NCBI GenBank assembly: GCA_903813345.2
Contig: CAIIXF020000001.1
Location: forward strand, 45,880,001-45,944,000
Reading direction: 5' to 3'
From: Owenia fusiformis
Taxonomy: Eukaryota
DNA length: 64,000 bases
Below the pieces are notes generated by a model. That model did not search any database, was not told where the DNA came from, and worked only from the letters and a program-made list of their open reading frames with translations. The translations under genes were made by a program, and so were the position numbers. Positions 1-15,400 of this stretch are shown one piece after another (position 1 is the stretch's first letter; every line of letters begins with the position of its first letter).

Positions 1-599
1 TCTGTCCTTAGATTCTCCTGAATCTAATCAGCCCAATGTATATCCATAGCCATATCTTAATATTTATATTTTGTCCCTCGGCTGCGAGTTCATCTCACTC
101 CTTCTGTTTTCAATTTTCTCTGAGTATATTTACCCATTATGGAGTAGATATATGATCAATGATCCCGGTGATATGAAACCACTCAAGGCAAAACAAGTGA
201 ACAACAGAGCATAGACAGACAGAAGAGAAGAGATGCATACAACAGCAATGGTATCTTTTACAATTGTATTGATCTGAGCACCAAGGCCTCAACTGCAGAT
301 ATTTCATTAATATTTGCTCTATTTGTTGACACAGCAATCTTCTTTTAGGCTCAATGAGGAATGACTTTTAGGAGCAAAATAATATTTCAGATTTTTATTA
401 GGATTATGCATAGTCCTGAATGTTGATCAGATATCAAAGAAATTAGGATATGTATCTACAATTAATTTGAGTATGTTGTTTAAATTGCTTACAATAATCT
501 TTTTAATATTTTAAGAGAATATAAAAATCAATAAGTGATTAGCATATACACTTTCTAATGGTGACACAAAACAAGTTTATTTAACCCCTTAAATCTGCA

Positions 600-805
600 T
601 ATCCATGTGTCAACATGTCCATGTGTCAATATGGTTACATTTCAACATATCCATGTGTCAACATATCAATGTATCAATGTGTCAACATATAAATGTGTCA
701 ACATTTCAACATATCATTGTAACAACATGTCCATGTGTCAACATGTTAACATGTCCATGTGTCAACATGTTTACATGTCCATGTGTCAACATGTCCATGT
801 GTCAA
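600..805. repeat. Minisatellite built on TCCATGTGTCAACATG (8/16-bp periodicity)
   Basis: Repeated ATGTGTCAACAT / TCCATGTGTC units. Explains the spurious ORFs 605..856 and 607..822. Confidence 0.9.
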
Positions 806-3800
806 ATCAACAAATGCAGTAATCTCAATAGGTGGCCAGTGGAATCTATGCATTAGTTTCATTCTTCATAAGTCTAAGAGCAATTAATTCCCTTTATTAA
901 TCACTCAGCAAAAGCTTGTTGATAGGGTATGAAGTTTATTACACATTATCAAGATATCCTACTCCAAAGTATGACTGATATTACTCAAAATAATCTGCTA
1001 AACTCAATTATTTTCCAAGGAACTATCATAAAGCATATCCCACTGATGACAATAAAGTGATCTGGACCATTATAGAAAGCACCACTTCAATGGATCAATG
1101 ACCTTAAATACCAAAAGTATCAATGACAACATTATTCTATATAGTGTTTCACTTTGAATTGGACGACCCTGTCGTTCAAATAAGTGCATCCTTCAAAAAC
1201 AACTCAAGTTTCCCAATAATAGAAAATAAAAGCAAACCTTTACATACTCAAAATCTTACATAAGCCTTTGATCGATAGAAATATGACACATGGGCTAAGC
1301 GTCATCCCTTGAATATTTCCTAAATGGGTACAAACTCATTTTTATCATTTGCCAATATGCAATAATTGTTCGTTATCTGCAATAATTTTATTGGTAATAT
1401 GTTACGCTTATCATTTATAAATATAATTATTTGAATAGAACTCCAGAACATTTGTTTGAGAGAATATTTATAACTCTGACAGAAATAAGAGGACTTTCTG
1501 ATCAATTTATTAATGTCCTGGATTATACATGTACGATATTCATTATTCATGTTTCATTTTTATCGTAATGCCTTTCTTTTTGAAAATGTTATTAAATATT
1601 TGTGTAATGTACAATATTACTATTCAACAAGCACATTCTGACATCCTGATGGATACTCATCAACACAGTAAATGTATATGCTCTGTTCAGAGCCTTGTTA
1701 AAGTAGCAGACTGGGCTTCAGGATATCTCAATAAGGAGAGAAACTTGCTATGAGGATCATGAGTCTAAGACGTGAAAGGGTAATTGACTGATCATGCTAA
1801 ATCTTCATTAAGTTTTATAAGATTGTAAATGTTCATGTTAAGAGGCTATTATCATGCAATTCCTCTACAATATAAGTTATATATTACTTCAGAATTTATA
1901 TATATATATGTATCTATATTCAGAGAGTCTTCAAAAAGTAACACTCTAATATTTATCTCCTGCAGTTTACAATATAGATGGTAAAAATGAATCAAGAGCT
2001 AATGAGAACATTAATTTGTTGATTAATGTAATGTATCTAGGTTGATTCAAAAACCTTGGTTAAAAACCTATGCAATTCAGCTATTCCTGTAATTGACCCA
2101 GAGATCCATAATTTACTCAAGGTCACTCAGATATCGACCTTCCCTATTGTATTTGTGTCAGTTATTCACCGTTTTTCAAAGTTACTGAAAAAACCCATTA
2201 CTTTTTAATTGGACAATACAGACTGAATATATACTAAAAATATGTAAAGCATAAAAAGGATATGGCTTTGGCGGTGCAATGCCATTCATACCATAGTCAC
2301 ATTTGCTTCGATCTTCAATACCTACGCCCAGCCAAAGAGTATTTTGCTCAAAACAGAATGCAATTTTGAAAAAATACTCATCGGCCTGGCGCCAACTGAA
2401 AATCGGAGCTAATGTGACCTTGATATTTGTCATGTGACCCATTATTAGCCAATAGAAGAATGTGAAACATTGCAATGATATAATAATAAATTGTATCATC
2501 ACCATCAGTAGTAGTACTTTCAAACTGTGATTTTGACAGACTTTGCGAGTGTTACATCCACAGAATAAAAATGGAGATAATTTTCTAATTTTGAATATAA
2601 CATCAATTATCATCCATCAATATTCCAGACTCGAAAAACAAGTCTCAAAAAACAAAATCAATTCCAAAGTGTTCATTTAGAAGTTCTAAGAGAGGAAAAA
2701 CCATTGTGAATGCAGCACATTCATGCTTGAATGAAATATTGATGAGCTCTTAGCACTGACATACTCCTCTTCATTGCTTTTTGAATTGGCAAACTCGGAT
2801 ACCCTAGCAGTATCTTGGATCATTTCTCATCACCTAACCACACTCTCCTCTGAGTACAGATAAATGTTGTTGTGATGTGCCATAATAGTCATAATCGATG
2901 AATCAGCGATTTCAGGAGTAAACATTGATGCACATTGCAATGTAGGGGGAAATGTCAGAAAATATTTTTACCGTCGGTAAATAATTACACTAAAATACCG
3001 AATGCAAATGTACTAAAATACAGAATGCAAAAAAATAAGTACAGGTAATACTGCAAGTAATGGTATGCGAAAACAAGTAAAATTAACTAAAAAATGAGAA
3101 AGGTAAGATATTTGCATGAAAACGAGATAAGGTGATTTTTTTAAAACCTGTTTTGTTTCAGACATCAATGCATCGATACAGAATCAGTATAATTAATCGC
3201 GATGACACGATATCAGATGATTTCAAAATTTTGGTGCTGACTTTTACATTTGAATTCTTTTTATGGGAGTTTGAAATTGAAATCTATACACAGTCATGAA
3301 TGTATAGTTATGATTTACTGAAAGAGGACATACTAAGACAAACTCTTGAAAAGGGTTGCCTAGCTGATAATGAGTTCAAGGATCATTCAGACATTAGTAA
3401 AGTGCTCAAAGAATTCTTAGATATTCCTAGCAGGAGCATCAATATAGCGATCAATTGAACAATTGCTATTTATAGCCATGTGTGAAGCCTCATTACGGTG
3501 CCATTATGACTAGGTTCACTCAGGGACATTCATTGATGACGTCAATATTGCAGATTGAGCGAATCGGTTAACATCAATCTTTTGTTTGAAGCTCGACGGC
3601 CAAATATGATCAGCTGGAATTCTGAGATTAATTGAAAATCAAATTGTAATATTTTATAATGATGATTGTCTTAACTGAACAATATTCATGATTTTAGTAA
3701 AATTTTGAACTATGTAAGGATGAATCTGAACAAAAATATGTAAAACCCAAAAAACTCTTATTCACCAATGTTGTGTAAAGACTAACAAACTTCACCTGTT

Positions 3801-4699
3801 GCTTGTTTCTAAATGCTATAAACATCCTTCCAAGGTGTGACTGGTAAGAGAGTATGGTTTCTAATCATATCGCTGAATCATATGGAACATACTTCTACAT
3901 CATACACAAATGATGACAGAGATACAAATTATGATAATGAATTGGATGATGACACACATCTTCAAAAAAATGATTCTGCATTTCATGACAACAAATCTGT
4001 TCTCGTCTCATGATGTATTGAATCTCATTTTTCAATCGTATCAACTGTATAAGTCACATATTCAAAGTCAAATACCCAAAACTTTGTGCCAGAGAAATTC
4101 TGTAAAAAATATAGAAATGATAGTATGATTAAATAACAATGTTATTCAATAAGGAATACAGTATTTTTTATTATAGTATTATATATATTAAAACATTTTT
4201 TTATTTTATTTACGATGACTCTAATGATGATAGGAGTTGTGGCAATAGAACAATGCTAGAATATATAAACATAGTTATTTTACTTATAGAGAGGGGGGAT
4301 CATCTATATTCATTAAAGCAATCATATTAAATTATTCACAAGTCTTATATATTGTATTATATATTGTTAAATATGCATCAATCATCTTCAAAATTTTACA
4401 TATTGTACTTCTATGCATGGTTACTAACACTGCAAAGTTTCGGCAAAAATTATGAAACTTGGTTGGAGTTATGGTTGCTATGGTAACATGACATCACAAT
4501 ACCCGGGGCAACATTTCAAACAGAAAGTTACTGAGACTTTAAGCATTTTGTACACCCCATATCAAAGTTAAAATCCAACAAATGGTGGGAATTACATTTG
4601 CTAAATACATCATTTGATATTCCTATGTATCCTCTACTTTGAAAAGTAGGCTCCTCTTTGGTCAGTCCAAGAGTAGTACTCGTATCCATGACTCAAACA

Positions 4700-4990
4700 C
4701 ATGAGTGAACCCATTTTAGGACATGTCATGCAGGGTCCATCGGACAACTTGGAGACGGTCATTCTCATCTTTAAAGGTCTTACTGCGCTGATTAACATTC
4801 CATTCTCAATATAAGTAAAAATTAGATATTGCATGATCAGAAGAATATGGTGCATGGTCTTAGTCCTCACGACCTAGCTCCTCTATACCTGCAGTGGTCT
4901 TTCATGTCTTTAATGCTGACTTGCGGGCAGACGGCTTATGGGGATGGATAACTGGCTTCAAATTGGGTCTTTTCAAAAGCTCAACCATGA
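4700..4990 (+). mobile_element. Possible highly decayed L2/CR1-type LINE 3' fragment
   Basis: Broken peptides LIFKGL...HDLAPLYL...TAYGD resemble the C-terminal FK.L.GLAP.YL...YGDR motif of L2-clade ORF2. The match is interrupted and frameshifted. Confidence 0.3.
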
Positions 4991-7224
4991 ATTGTGCAGA
5001 CTGTCATACATAGTGATATTCCAGTAAATTGAATAAATATTATTATTATGAAATCATACTTGAATCTGAGTTGTATAGCAACACCATTACTACAAAGCAA
5101 CTAATAAAACAAACAAAAAATGTTTTATTGTAGTAGATGAATTAGACATTTCTTCAGTAAAACCAAAATGTTAGATATTAAATTTTCATGAAAAGGTTGC
5201 CCCAGGTATTGTGATGTCATGTTACTATAGCAACCATAACTCTACCTGCATTTAATAATTTTTTCTGAAACTTTAGAATTTTAGTTGCACTACTTCAAAG
5301 TACAATTTGTGAAAATTTGAATATACTCAGTTCAGAATTGACAAAATGCCAACACCAGTCCTATTACTTTTGGAACACCCTGTATTTAATAATATATGAG
5401 ATAGTTTTTGCTAGTTGGGAAACTGATGGAAACATTTTATTCTAAACATGTAAATATACCAAATAATAATCTTTTTTCTGTCTTATGAGTTACGGGAATG
5501 CCTTGAGTCACAATTTTTGTTGATATTTCACATTTTCCAATCTCTGGAGGTTCATTAGTTCAGTGTTTTGGTGTGATTAAATTATTAATTGTATACTCCA
5601 GACTTTTTTTGATAAATCGCAAAATCCTAAATCTTCATTCAAACAATTGTGAAGATGAATCACCCACCTTATGTCGCTCAAAAAATAGAATATTCATGCA
5701 AGACCATCTGAAAATAGATCCAGAGAAATCATTCAATTAAATGCTTTCCAATGTAAGTTGGCACGCATCCGCATCAGACGTCTAATATTTACATGCTTGG
5801 GTGTAATTTAGTATGAAGTTTAAGCCAAAAGAACTCAACCAAACTAAGAACATGTGAGTTATGTTTGCTCAATTTTTCTTCTCCCCAGAGAACTAACATG
5901 TTATTGAAATGTTTTTTCCTTAAAACCATCACAACTCTGAAAATTCTACCGCCATTTACCTTTTTATTTACCATTTATTTTCTGAAAAGAGAGATGTGAT
6001 ATGACTAATATAAAGATGTAAGATGAAAGCATGTCGAAATTTTTTAGGATAGCAAAAAAAAGAAGATTGTGATGTTTCCAAACTCACACTGACCTCATAG
6101 TCACTCTTTCTAGTCACTTGATATAATAGTACAATAGAACTCATACCCTATAGGGCACACATTGACCACACGTCTGTTGAAAATGAAAATATCTTCATGT
6201 CACACTGATATATACCAATAACCTCATTTCAAAGGGCAATATAGTGAAATATTTGACCAATGGTTATGAAACTGTGTTGCCCGCTAAATGCAGTTATTAG
6301 TATTGTTACCACTGTTTATGCCCAGGGCTGAGATAGCAAGAACTGACTGCCACTGAACGAGAATTATACGTACCGAACGATATCTCATTTCCCAGGGAAC
6401 ATAACCAGGCTGAAATATCCATTTCGGCCTGCTAATACGGCCCGCCACTATGACATCAAATATAGCTCCGGTCAATATAGCAAAATATAAGCCTTCTAAA
6501 CTAGTACTAATACCTTTAGAACAGGCCCGGCAAGGTGGTAATAATAAACATTTTTGCCTCATTTTTAGGTTTTGCATCAAAGTACATGTACTCATAGTAT
6601 TTTTGTCGCACGATCAGATTTTGCCTCAAAGTACTAGGAAATTGCTGACATCATTGATGAATATTTTTACTTCACCAAAGCCCTTTAGGAAATCATAACT
6701 ATTAATGCCAGTGTGGTTACTCATTTTGCCCTAATCTTTTAGGACATTTAAGTCACTGATTATATAGAAAATATGAACCATACAAACGTCATACTGTTCA
6801 TACACAACCAGACAATATTATGCGATGCATAATGCCAGCTCCTATATTCGCCATATAAGTCATTCATGAAACTGATTTGACTTTCCAGGCAGAAATGTCA
6901 ATGTAAATGCTATCAAACGAGACAGTTGATACATATAGCGTGGAATGATTATATCCACGGCATATGTTATAACAGAGAGATTAACCAGCATCAGACAGTG
7001 TTAATGGCTCATTGTGAGTCAGATTGTGTCAACTGCGAAAAAAATATTCAAGATAAATGGAAAAAGGAACATTAAACAAATGTTAATATATAAACATTTT
7101 GACACAATGAATAATGGCTAAGTGCTATGGTTGATCGAAGTCAAACATGACTGGTGATTTGCTAGATTTTGCTTGATGAAAAATCTATAATATAGACTCT
7201 GAATGTTGATTGTCTGTTGAGAAT

Positions 7225-7745
7225 TAGGGCTGGCACGGATTGGAATGGAATGGAATCTGAACGGATTTCGAAACCTGCCTTCAGAAATCTGAACTTTTTG
7301 AATTTCAAACCTAATTGGCTTACTAAGATACAATGTTTATTCTCGTTGTCATTGAAAGCTGCAACAAGGCTACGTACAACACAGAGAAAAAAGTTAACAT
7401 GTATCATGTTTAAGAAGAAGACAGCTTCAGCATTGTGGTTACTGTCCTTTGGGATAAGACCCTCAATGTTTCTAGTGATGTGTTTCAACATCCATGATGT
7501 GTGGTCTGAAAACAACAACATTTTTTAATAATCAGAACTGTTCTTATTGTTGGCAATAGAATAAGTACAGAAAGTCCAAGCTTGAGACTCCTTTCTCATG
7601 ATTTCACACTCAAATTATTGTTGTCCGCCATAATGTTTTTGTGAATCAAAAATTTGGAATATGAGAAAGCAGCTCCGAAAGTCTGTTTCTAAAGGTAAAA
7701 TTGGACAGTTCAGACACTTATTCCGGTCCGTGACATGCAGCCCTA
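7225..7745. mobile_element. Non-autonomous hAT element
   Basis: Termini TAGGGCTG...CAGCCCTA, with a perfect 8-bp TSD TTGAGAAT (7217-7224 and 7746-7753). Confidence 0.85.
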
Positions 7746-8064
7746 TTGAGAATCCATATCTATACAGAGGAAGCAGATGAAATCCATAACACCCCATGAA
7801 CATGTTCACTGGCAATAATTTATATAAACAACACACAGACAATATACCATGTAATATAATAATTTACACAAGCAAACTTCAATATTAATTGATTCTTTTG
7901 TTCAGTTTCTAACATTCTGTACCACTTCATTGTGGTTTGCTATTTTTCATTACCATGTGTTAATGACACCTGTACAACAGGTATACTCCATAGCAGACAG
8001 ATAATGGATTAAATAATTATAAATATTTAGCAGTTTCCCCAGTCTGTTTGAAAAAGTATGTATA

Positions 8065-8230
8065 CAGTAAAATCTATCTTTGTGAACACCTCTCTAGTGA
8101 ACACATGTCTCTAGTAAACACCTTTCCTCCGCATATACTAACTTCTGCATAAATTACCCTTTCTGTTGTGACCTACCAATACTGAACATTTTTTCTTGGC
8201 AAAAATGTTCAATAAACACAGGTTTTACTG
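8065..8230. mobile_element. Tc1/mariner-pogo-type MITE
   Basis: TA|CAGTAAAA...TTTTACTG|TA termini with internal GAACAC repeats. Confidence 0.7.
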
Positions 8231-9585
8231 TAATACAAATGAGTGTCTTATATACAGGAAGTTATACAGATTTACATGCTATTCCAGGCTTGAATGCAGG
8301 ACTATGCCAAGATTAAATACAGCTATCAAACCAAACCAATCCAACAGTGTATCCACCTATGATTAACATAAGATTCCTTCCGAAATACTAAAATTAGTAC
8401 TGCACTTATAAGCTTACTCTCCAGAACTGTGAGAATAAACTTTTTATCTAGGGGTAATAAATCACTGGTGGGGTTAAAATCTATAATCTGTGCTTCAATT
8501 TATCAATAACTACATGACACTGCAAGCCCTTTCTACATCATGTGAAACACCTTGTAGGAGAAAACATAGCTCAGAAATTCCCATGTGGTTTTATGGGGGA
8601 TATTAAGATAGCAAAATGTCAGCATAAGATTGGGTGAAAAATTTGTTTGATATCAATCCAAGTGTTATCAAATTATTTTTCTCTGATCACATGATTTCTT
8701 GTGTGTTTTGACTATTCAAACATTATTTTGTGGAGACCAAAAATGCATCGCAGAAATGTTCTGCGCTGGACAAACCGAGAAAAGTCTCAGACATGACCTT
8801 ATCTATAAGCCAAGTATTTGTTACAAGCTTGACAAAATCCATAATCCTAATGGTTTTTCTGGTTTGTATGCAGGACTGATGTAATAGGTTCATTTATTCT
8901 TCATAGAATAGAGGAAGAAGGAACTAATAGATGAATGGAGACCTGCTTTCAGAGGATGTTGAACTATACGCAATATTATCATTCTTAGAGCAAAAGAACA
9001 ATACTCAGCCGCTGAATTATATTTGACACAAAAATCTATAATAGATTAAAATCTATGGTAGAATAAATGTAACTGCCTGACATTTAAATGTTACACCTTA
9101 AAAAGTTGATTTGTCATGCCTTCAGGAATGATATATCGACTTGAAACCTTGTTAAGCATGTAAATGACAAAGGTTCCACCAATGGTGCTCAAACAAAAAA
9201 CTAATAATCGCAACATTGAATGCTAACATTTGAACTTCCAAATCAATATCAAAGAGACGTAAAAATTCAACACTTTTCTTTACGAATTGATATACAATTC
9301 AAGTTAGTGTTCTTATTTATAGTTACCTGAAGTCAATATATTCACAAAGTTCTTACTAAGTTCATCTTACTTAGGTATCTGAATGAGCTTCCTTTGAACA
9401 AAAGAAATTGACATTCAAATGAACCTCAGAGTGCATTAACCATCTTTTTTAATATCTGGCAAAATAATATTCTGTATAAATAGAATTATTCGCTGTGACA
9501 TTGACGCCGCAGAGCAAACAATTATTCTTAACGATGATGATTATTATATGGAGTATCAAATCTTAATGAACAAAATACATTGAAC

Positions 9586-9718
9586 ACAAGGCATTAACAT
9601 GTAAATTGCCACCACTTGCCATTTGTTACAGACACCAACTGCTGAATTCCCAACATCAACCGACAAATGTCAAACACCACCCACAAATAGTTGGATGCTA
9701 TAACAATATCATAAAAAA
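9586..9718 (-). mobile_element. Short Helentron-associated (HINE-like) element, same family as 39116-40715
   Basis: ACAAGGCATTAACATG...CCACCACTTGCCATTTGTTACAGAC is the reverse complement of the family 3' end. Confidence 0.7.
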
Positions 9719-11344
9719 TAATTAATGTACAATGTAGTTTCAACTTACAGAAATCATAAAAGTGTGAAAGTAATTGAAGGGAATCAAGAAATAACTCTCA
9801 AAAATTGTTTATTTATATGGTCGTTAACTGCCAATATGATTTTTCCAATGTTCAAATTATGAATCCTTGACCCTTAGTACTTTCTGCACTTGATTGATCT
9901 TATTAACGAGTCTGGCTATAACAGAAGTGTCCCAATCACATTCCCTAACCCCTGTTCAAGGAATTCATTGTTTTCTCAAAAAGCCTAGCTCTAGGTATTA
10001 TAGTTTGATATCTAAAATTAGATAATGAAAACAATCCTTCATAGAAAAAATTGATTAAAGAATGTATGTAACTGAAATAAAACATCCAGGCTACCAGCAT
10101 GGGGTCTAATAATGGTCAGAAATAGACATAAGTAAATATACAGTTAGCCTCCAGACCTATCTAAATAATCCAGCTCCAACAGAAATATTTCAACTATCTT
10201 TCTGGCAAATCAGTTTTTGCACAAGATTGCCATGAGTTTTGCATCAAGTCCTTATTCCCCATTCCTTCTTTTATCACTGACAGGGAATCCAGGGGGAGTA
10301 CACATGGTCTTGATGTAAGAACTGAATGTCTCAAATTGTAGAAACAAGCACCATTCAGACTATAGAGCTAAAACACCTTTATGGATTCTAATCAACTACT
10401 TGCACTGAGTTACGGAACCAAAACACCTTCAAGTATATAACTCTGATAAGGAATACAGCAAAGCCAAAGAATGAATCAGCTTCCACACTGACATTCATCC
10501 ATCTGCTCTCTTTGATCAAAATGCAATAATAACAAAATAATCAACATCCTATTCATCCAAACTGGATTATTTATTAACTGAGAAAGTGGCATAATGAGGA
10601 ACTGAATCATTTCTAAGCAGATCATTGATATTAACCAGCCAGGTATCGTTGACTGAAAGCCTTCTCCAATAGGGAGACAATGGGATATAATTAAAGTAGC
10701 CACTTAAAGTAATTCTTCATTTTTTTTAAATTAGAGAAATGCTGAATTTGTACAATATTTTGATACAGTCTTCAACTATGTATTCTAATATTACATGTCC
10801 ATTATCCAAATATAAATTTTTAAACTATATTACCTATTTCAATCACTATTGGTCCTTAATCATAGTGAAAGCTAAAAACACATCTCATCAAGTAGATCTA
10901 CCTTAACATGCCGTCAAATGGCTAAACTAAACCAACCAGAAATGGCAACCAACCAGAATGGATTTGTGAATGTCAGATGGCAAAGTTGATCTGAAAAATT
11001 CTGAATTTCAGGATACAATGCCCTGAGTAATCTTCTATAATCAAATGCTACATGGTTTTATTCCCACTTAAGACACAACAAACTCTGAGAATCGAAGGTT
11101 CAGCTAAGTTTATTTTTGTTCACTATATCAAAGATAACACATAGGCAATCTGTGAGTAGCCCATATATAAGAAATCATGATGAACTTGTACCCTAAATCT
11201 ACACTGACTTAAAGCTGCACTACCCCCTGGCTTTAAAATTATTTTACTATATTGTCTCTGATATGAACTTAACGATCCTAAATGAAGCCTCCATTGCTGT
11301 TTATGGGAGTTTGAATGTGTAATGATTGTTATGCTTCTCCTAGA

Positions 11345-11432
11345 GTCACAAAATGTAGTGACACATCACAAAATGTAGTGACATGTAGTGACACATCAAA
11401 GAATGTAGTGACACATCACAAAATGTAGTGAC
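11345..11432. repeat. 20-bp minisatellite TCACAAAATGTAGTGACACA
   Basis: About 4 tandem copies plus a partial copy. Confidence 0.85.
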
Positions 11433-12274
11433 GCAGTTTCTGACTCCTAATCAATTTGTACAAGGGATCGTGTCTAATAATCAAGGTTTGTTGAAGGACA
11501 GAGTCAAATCTATTTGATGAACAGGTCATGATTTCATAAGTGAATCTTCGGGTGTGTAGGGGGGGGGGCACAAAAGCTTGTAGCTAGACTAGCAGTATAG
11601 TTCTTATTTCAGAAACACTTTACTAAATCTACACTAATACGATCAAATTGGGTTTACTAGAGTCTGGAGAAACCAGGAAGCATAATAGAATCAATTTCTA
11701 TCAACGGAGGTCTGCCAGGGAGCAAAGGGGAATCAATGCTATTTAACTCAGAGCTCTACCTAAAATACAGATTTCATTTTTCTCTGGGAAGATCAAGATT
11801 TATGAGGACTCAATGCACTTTTGTAAACCTACAGGAAGAGTTGCATTTTTTACTTCACACATGAAGTATTACAATCATTACAGTAGAGATAAGCCAGATA
11901 TTTGTGATGCAGATTAGGTTAACTCATTGGATTGTACTAGATGTATCTGAACTCTCGGCCCATCATCCATTGATCAGTATATCACATGTTTACAGACTGA
12001 CTTTGTATTGTCTCACATCCTAGAAAAGCATATGCTTACACCCTGACCTACAATAGATTATTTTAAGCAATAGTATGAACAAAAATATAGACATGACATT
12101 ACCATGCAAGATGTCACCAGCTGCCATTTGTTACAGACCACTGACCATCATACGCCAAACGTTGATCTCTGATCGCCAAATGCTCTCTCTATGAGTTAAA
12201 TATCATCAACATATTTGGTTGTCTAACTCACATTTCCCAGACCAAGTGTTGCCAAGTTGCACACTGTATAATTG

Positions 12275-12483
12275 CAATGTTCTCCCCAGGATTTAATCTC
12301 AATTGGGTGCAAAATCCTTATTTCCATATTTGAGACCAAATATGGTGGAAATGTGCCTATTTTCATGATTCTCTCATTTTCAAGTAGGGGTAAATAGATT
12401 CTCAGATGGGTGCATTCCTATTATCAAAATTTCAAATGGGTGCAGCACCTACTTGCACTGCTTTAATGCTGGGGAGATCATTA
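12275..12483 (-). mobile_element. ~207-bp MITE with 5-bp TSD (copy 1)
   Basis: TIR CAATGTTCTCCCCA / TGGGGAGATCATTA, TSD AATTG on both sides. Internal GGGTGC repeats are shared with the 26384 and 33569 copies. Confidence 0.85.
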
Positions 12484-15400
12484 AATTGTGTAAGGTCATC
12501 TTGGTTTGCATCAATGCTTTGTGTTGACCATCCCCCTGACACATTCTCAATTTAACAACAGCTGTCTGTCAGAAAATAGAGACTGACTTAACAAAGGCTT
12601 TTTGAATGACTGATTCAATCTCGTAGAATTCAACGACTGTTAAATAATGAAGCTCGGGGAACAGAGCCGAAAAAGGTCTCAATCTAAAGTGTTGTCATTT
12701 TGGGATAATCAACAAGACAATCTAAATCCCTCATTAGTCCATGATTTGTATGTAGGTTCAAGCCTATCAGTACCATAATCCTTCTATTCTAATGCTTCAC
12801 AGTTTTTTACTAGCAGTGAAACAAGTTGGAGCTATCCCCAAGATAATGTCTTGCACCGATTGAAAATGAGAAAATCATGAAAAATTGGCATATTTGAACC
12901 AAACTTAGGTATATGCAACAATAATTTACATCTCATTGGTGGTAAAAACTCATGGAGAGAATATGTTTCAAGTCTTGCATCGAGACTCTGGTTCCATCAG
13001 GAACCTTTGTAATTACATTTTTGACAATATTTTAATGGATTGTTGGGGTTTGTATGTACTGACTAAATAGGTTAGAATAAAATTGTTTGAATAGGTATTT
13101 TAAAAGGACTTCAAAACACTTCTCAATTTCATAACTGTTTTTTTTGTTCAATATGATTTGTTATTTGTTTTTCCTGTTGTTGTATCTTGTTCTTCTGTTT
13201 CTCATACCCTGAATCTCAGCTGGTTTTAAATCATACCCTCTGACTATTACAGACAATTTTATAGTTTTGATGAAGTTAAGATTTTAAGAGTCTCAAATAT
13301 ACATTTCATTGCCTTTATAGGGGTTTGAATGTGAAAGGGATGTTTGTAGGCAGAAAACATAGTGTTATTCTGACAATATATTCTGATTGGATTTCAGCTC
13401 GATTGATGATTTATCTCTCATTCTGAGAGTGCTGCATATTTGAGTTCTAACAAAGGGTTCAATAATACTCAAGACATATTTTGAAAAATGAATGTTATTG
13501 GATAGAGAAAAATAAAAAATATTGTTCAAAGAAATCTTTTCACCGAAAATAATCCCTCAATTATAAATTGCAAATATCACTGAATAAGACGTTATAGTTC
13601 CATTAATTTTCTTAATGAGAAGAAAATAATGTTTGTATCCATTAAGAACTCTTCAAAAGGGAGAAATATATACCAGATTACCGATACATTTCACAATTGA
13701 TGAATAGCAAAATTCAATCATAATAAAACATTAGATTACATGAATCAAAACTGGCATAAATCATTTCAAGGATATATAAGTTTATCAGTAAATGATTTTA
13801 AAGGATAGGAGATACCCTTTGATCAATTTCTGCTCATTTATAAACGAGGTTTTGCGATGAATATCAGTCTGCACTGAATGATGATCGAGTGTACTTAGCT
13901 GATATTGCAGAAATATCTGCATAATGCATATAATATGTAATGTATTACAATTAGATTTCAGAGTAAAACAACGATAAGAGATTAGTAAAAGTCAAACAAT
14001 AATCACATAGCATATTAATAGATGAATTAATTTACATGTGATTTAATAGGAAATTTGGATACAATTTTGTAATTTCTTCACATAATGAAGAATCAAATAA
14101 TAAATAAATCATTTATATATGTAGTTAATAACATGATAATGATATCAACGCATGCGATGCATTCAAACACTTTATTAACAACTGTGAATGTATATGGGGG
14201 AGGTTACAAAAGGGAGGACGTTACACATGATCAATGAAAGATTAATAATGGGCCTGCTTGATCCTAATTTTCAAACCATGTTCATCCAAACTATAAATCA
14301 ATAAAAATGTCAATTAAATATTATGAAATTATTACCACATCATATAAAATATAGTAATTGTCTATAATTTAGATCTGAAGGTAGTCCAATTACCTGAACT
14401 GAGAAAGCACTGAAAACAACCAATTATCTAAAATTGCATTGGACAATACACTATGGAAAATCTATGAAGGTACAAGGATGCTAAATCTTACCTGTAAATT
14501 GACCTAAGTGTTTCCACGGCATACTTTGCTATATATAGATCCAATTCCTTGTTCTAGCTTCACATCGTTAATAATATAATAGCAGTGGTTATTTATCTCT
14601 GTGCATTTGCTTTGAATATAAGTAGATTAACTTTGGTGGTATGCTTATATGCTTTGCCTTGTCTGATTCTGGACATGGGCATAATGTGGCATGACATGCA
14701 TGCATTACATAATCCCATATGATGTGAGGTTGATTACTGTATCATTCCATCATATCCTATGGTTTAAGCCTAGATGACTTCTAATATGTAGCTACACATC
14801 ACTGCTATGGTGAGATTATTGTAACATGAGTGTATATTTCCCCAGTTGTTGATGCCTTGCGAATGAAATATGCATAACACTTACATATTGTATTATTCCT
14901 AAGAGGTAAGGACTGATCTTCTTCTATATAAGCCAATGTAGCATAAGAGAATTATCAAATGAATCACGTTATCCGGCTATCTTATCCCTACGATGATATT
15001 CTACTGATCTTCAGATCTCTATAGCTGCAGATACTTACACGTGTGTAATTATCCCAAATTATGCCAGCTGTAGTTGCGTTCATAGATCGTAAGGATCATT
15101 TATTAACCAAGAACAAGCCATTGTGATAATCCTATATGCGAGTTTATACTGCTCTCTGTATTCCGTACTTGAGCATGAGGTTCTAAATGCTAGAGATAAG
15201 ACTCTACACTTTGTAGATGCAGTGTCAGAATTCACTGAAAACAGCGACTAGATTCAGCTGTATGCTTATACAGTATGAAAGCCTTGTTGATAGCATTGGT
15301 CCAGTTAGCTATACTAAGCCCATCAAAATGATATGGGACATGAGTTGTATACTGCAATATATAGCCAGTCTGATCAGATATTAGCTACTATAGCTAGCGA

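Noticed and set aside
605..856. Cys/His/Met-rich ORFs
   Set aside because: Translation of a minisatellite.
2182..2613. 143-aa hydrophobic ORF
   Set aside because: No recognisable homology or splice context; probably a chance ORF in repeat-derived intronic DNA.
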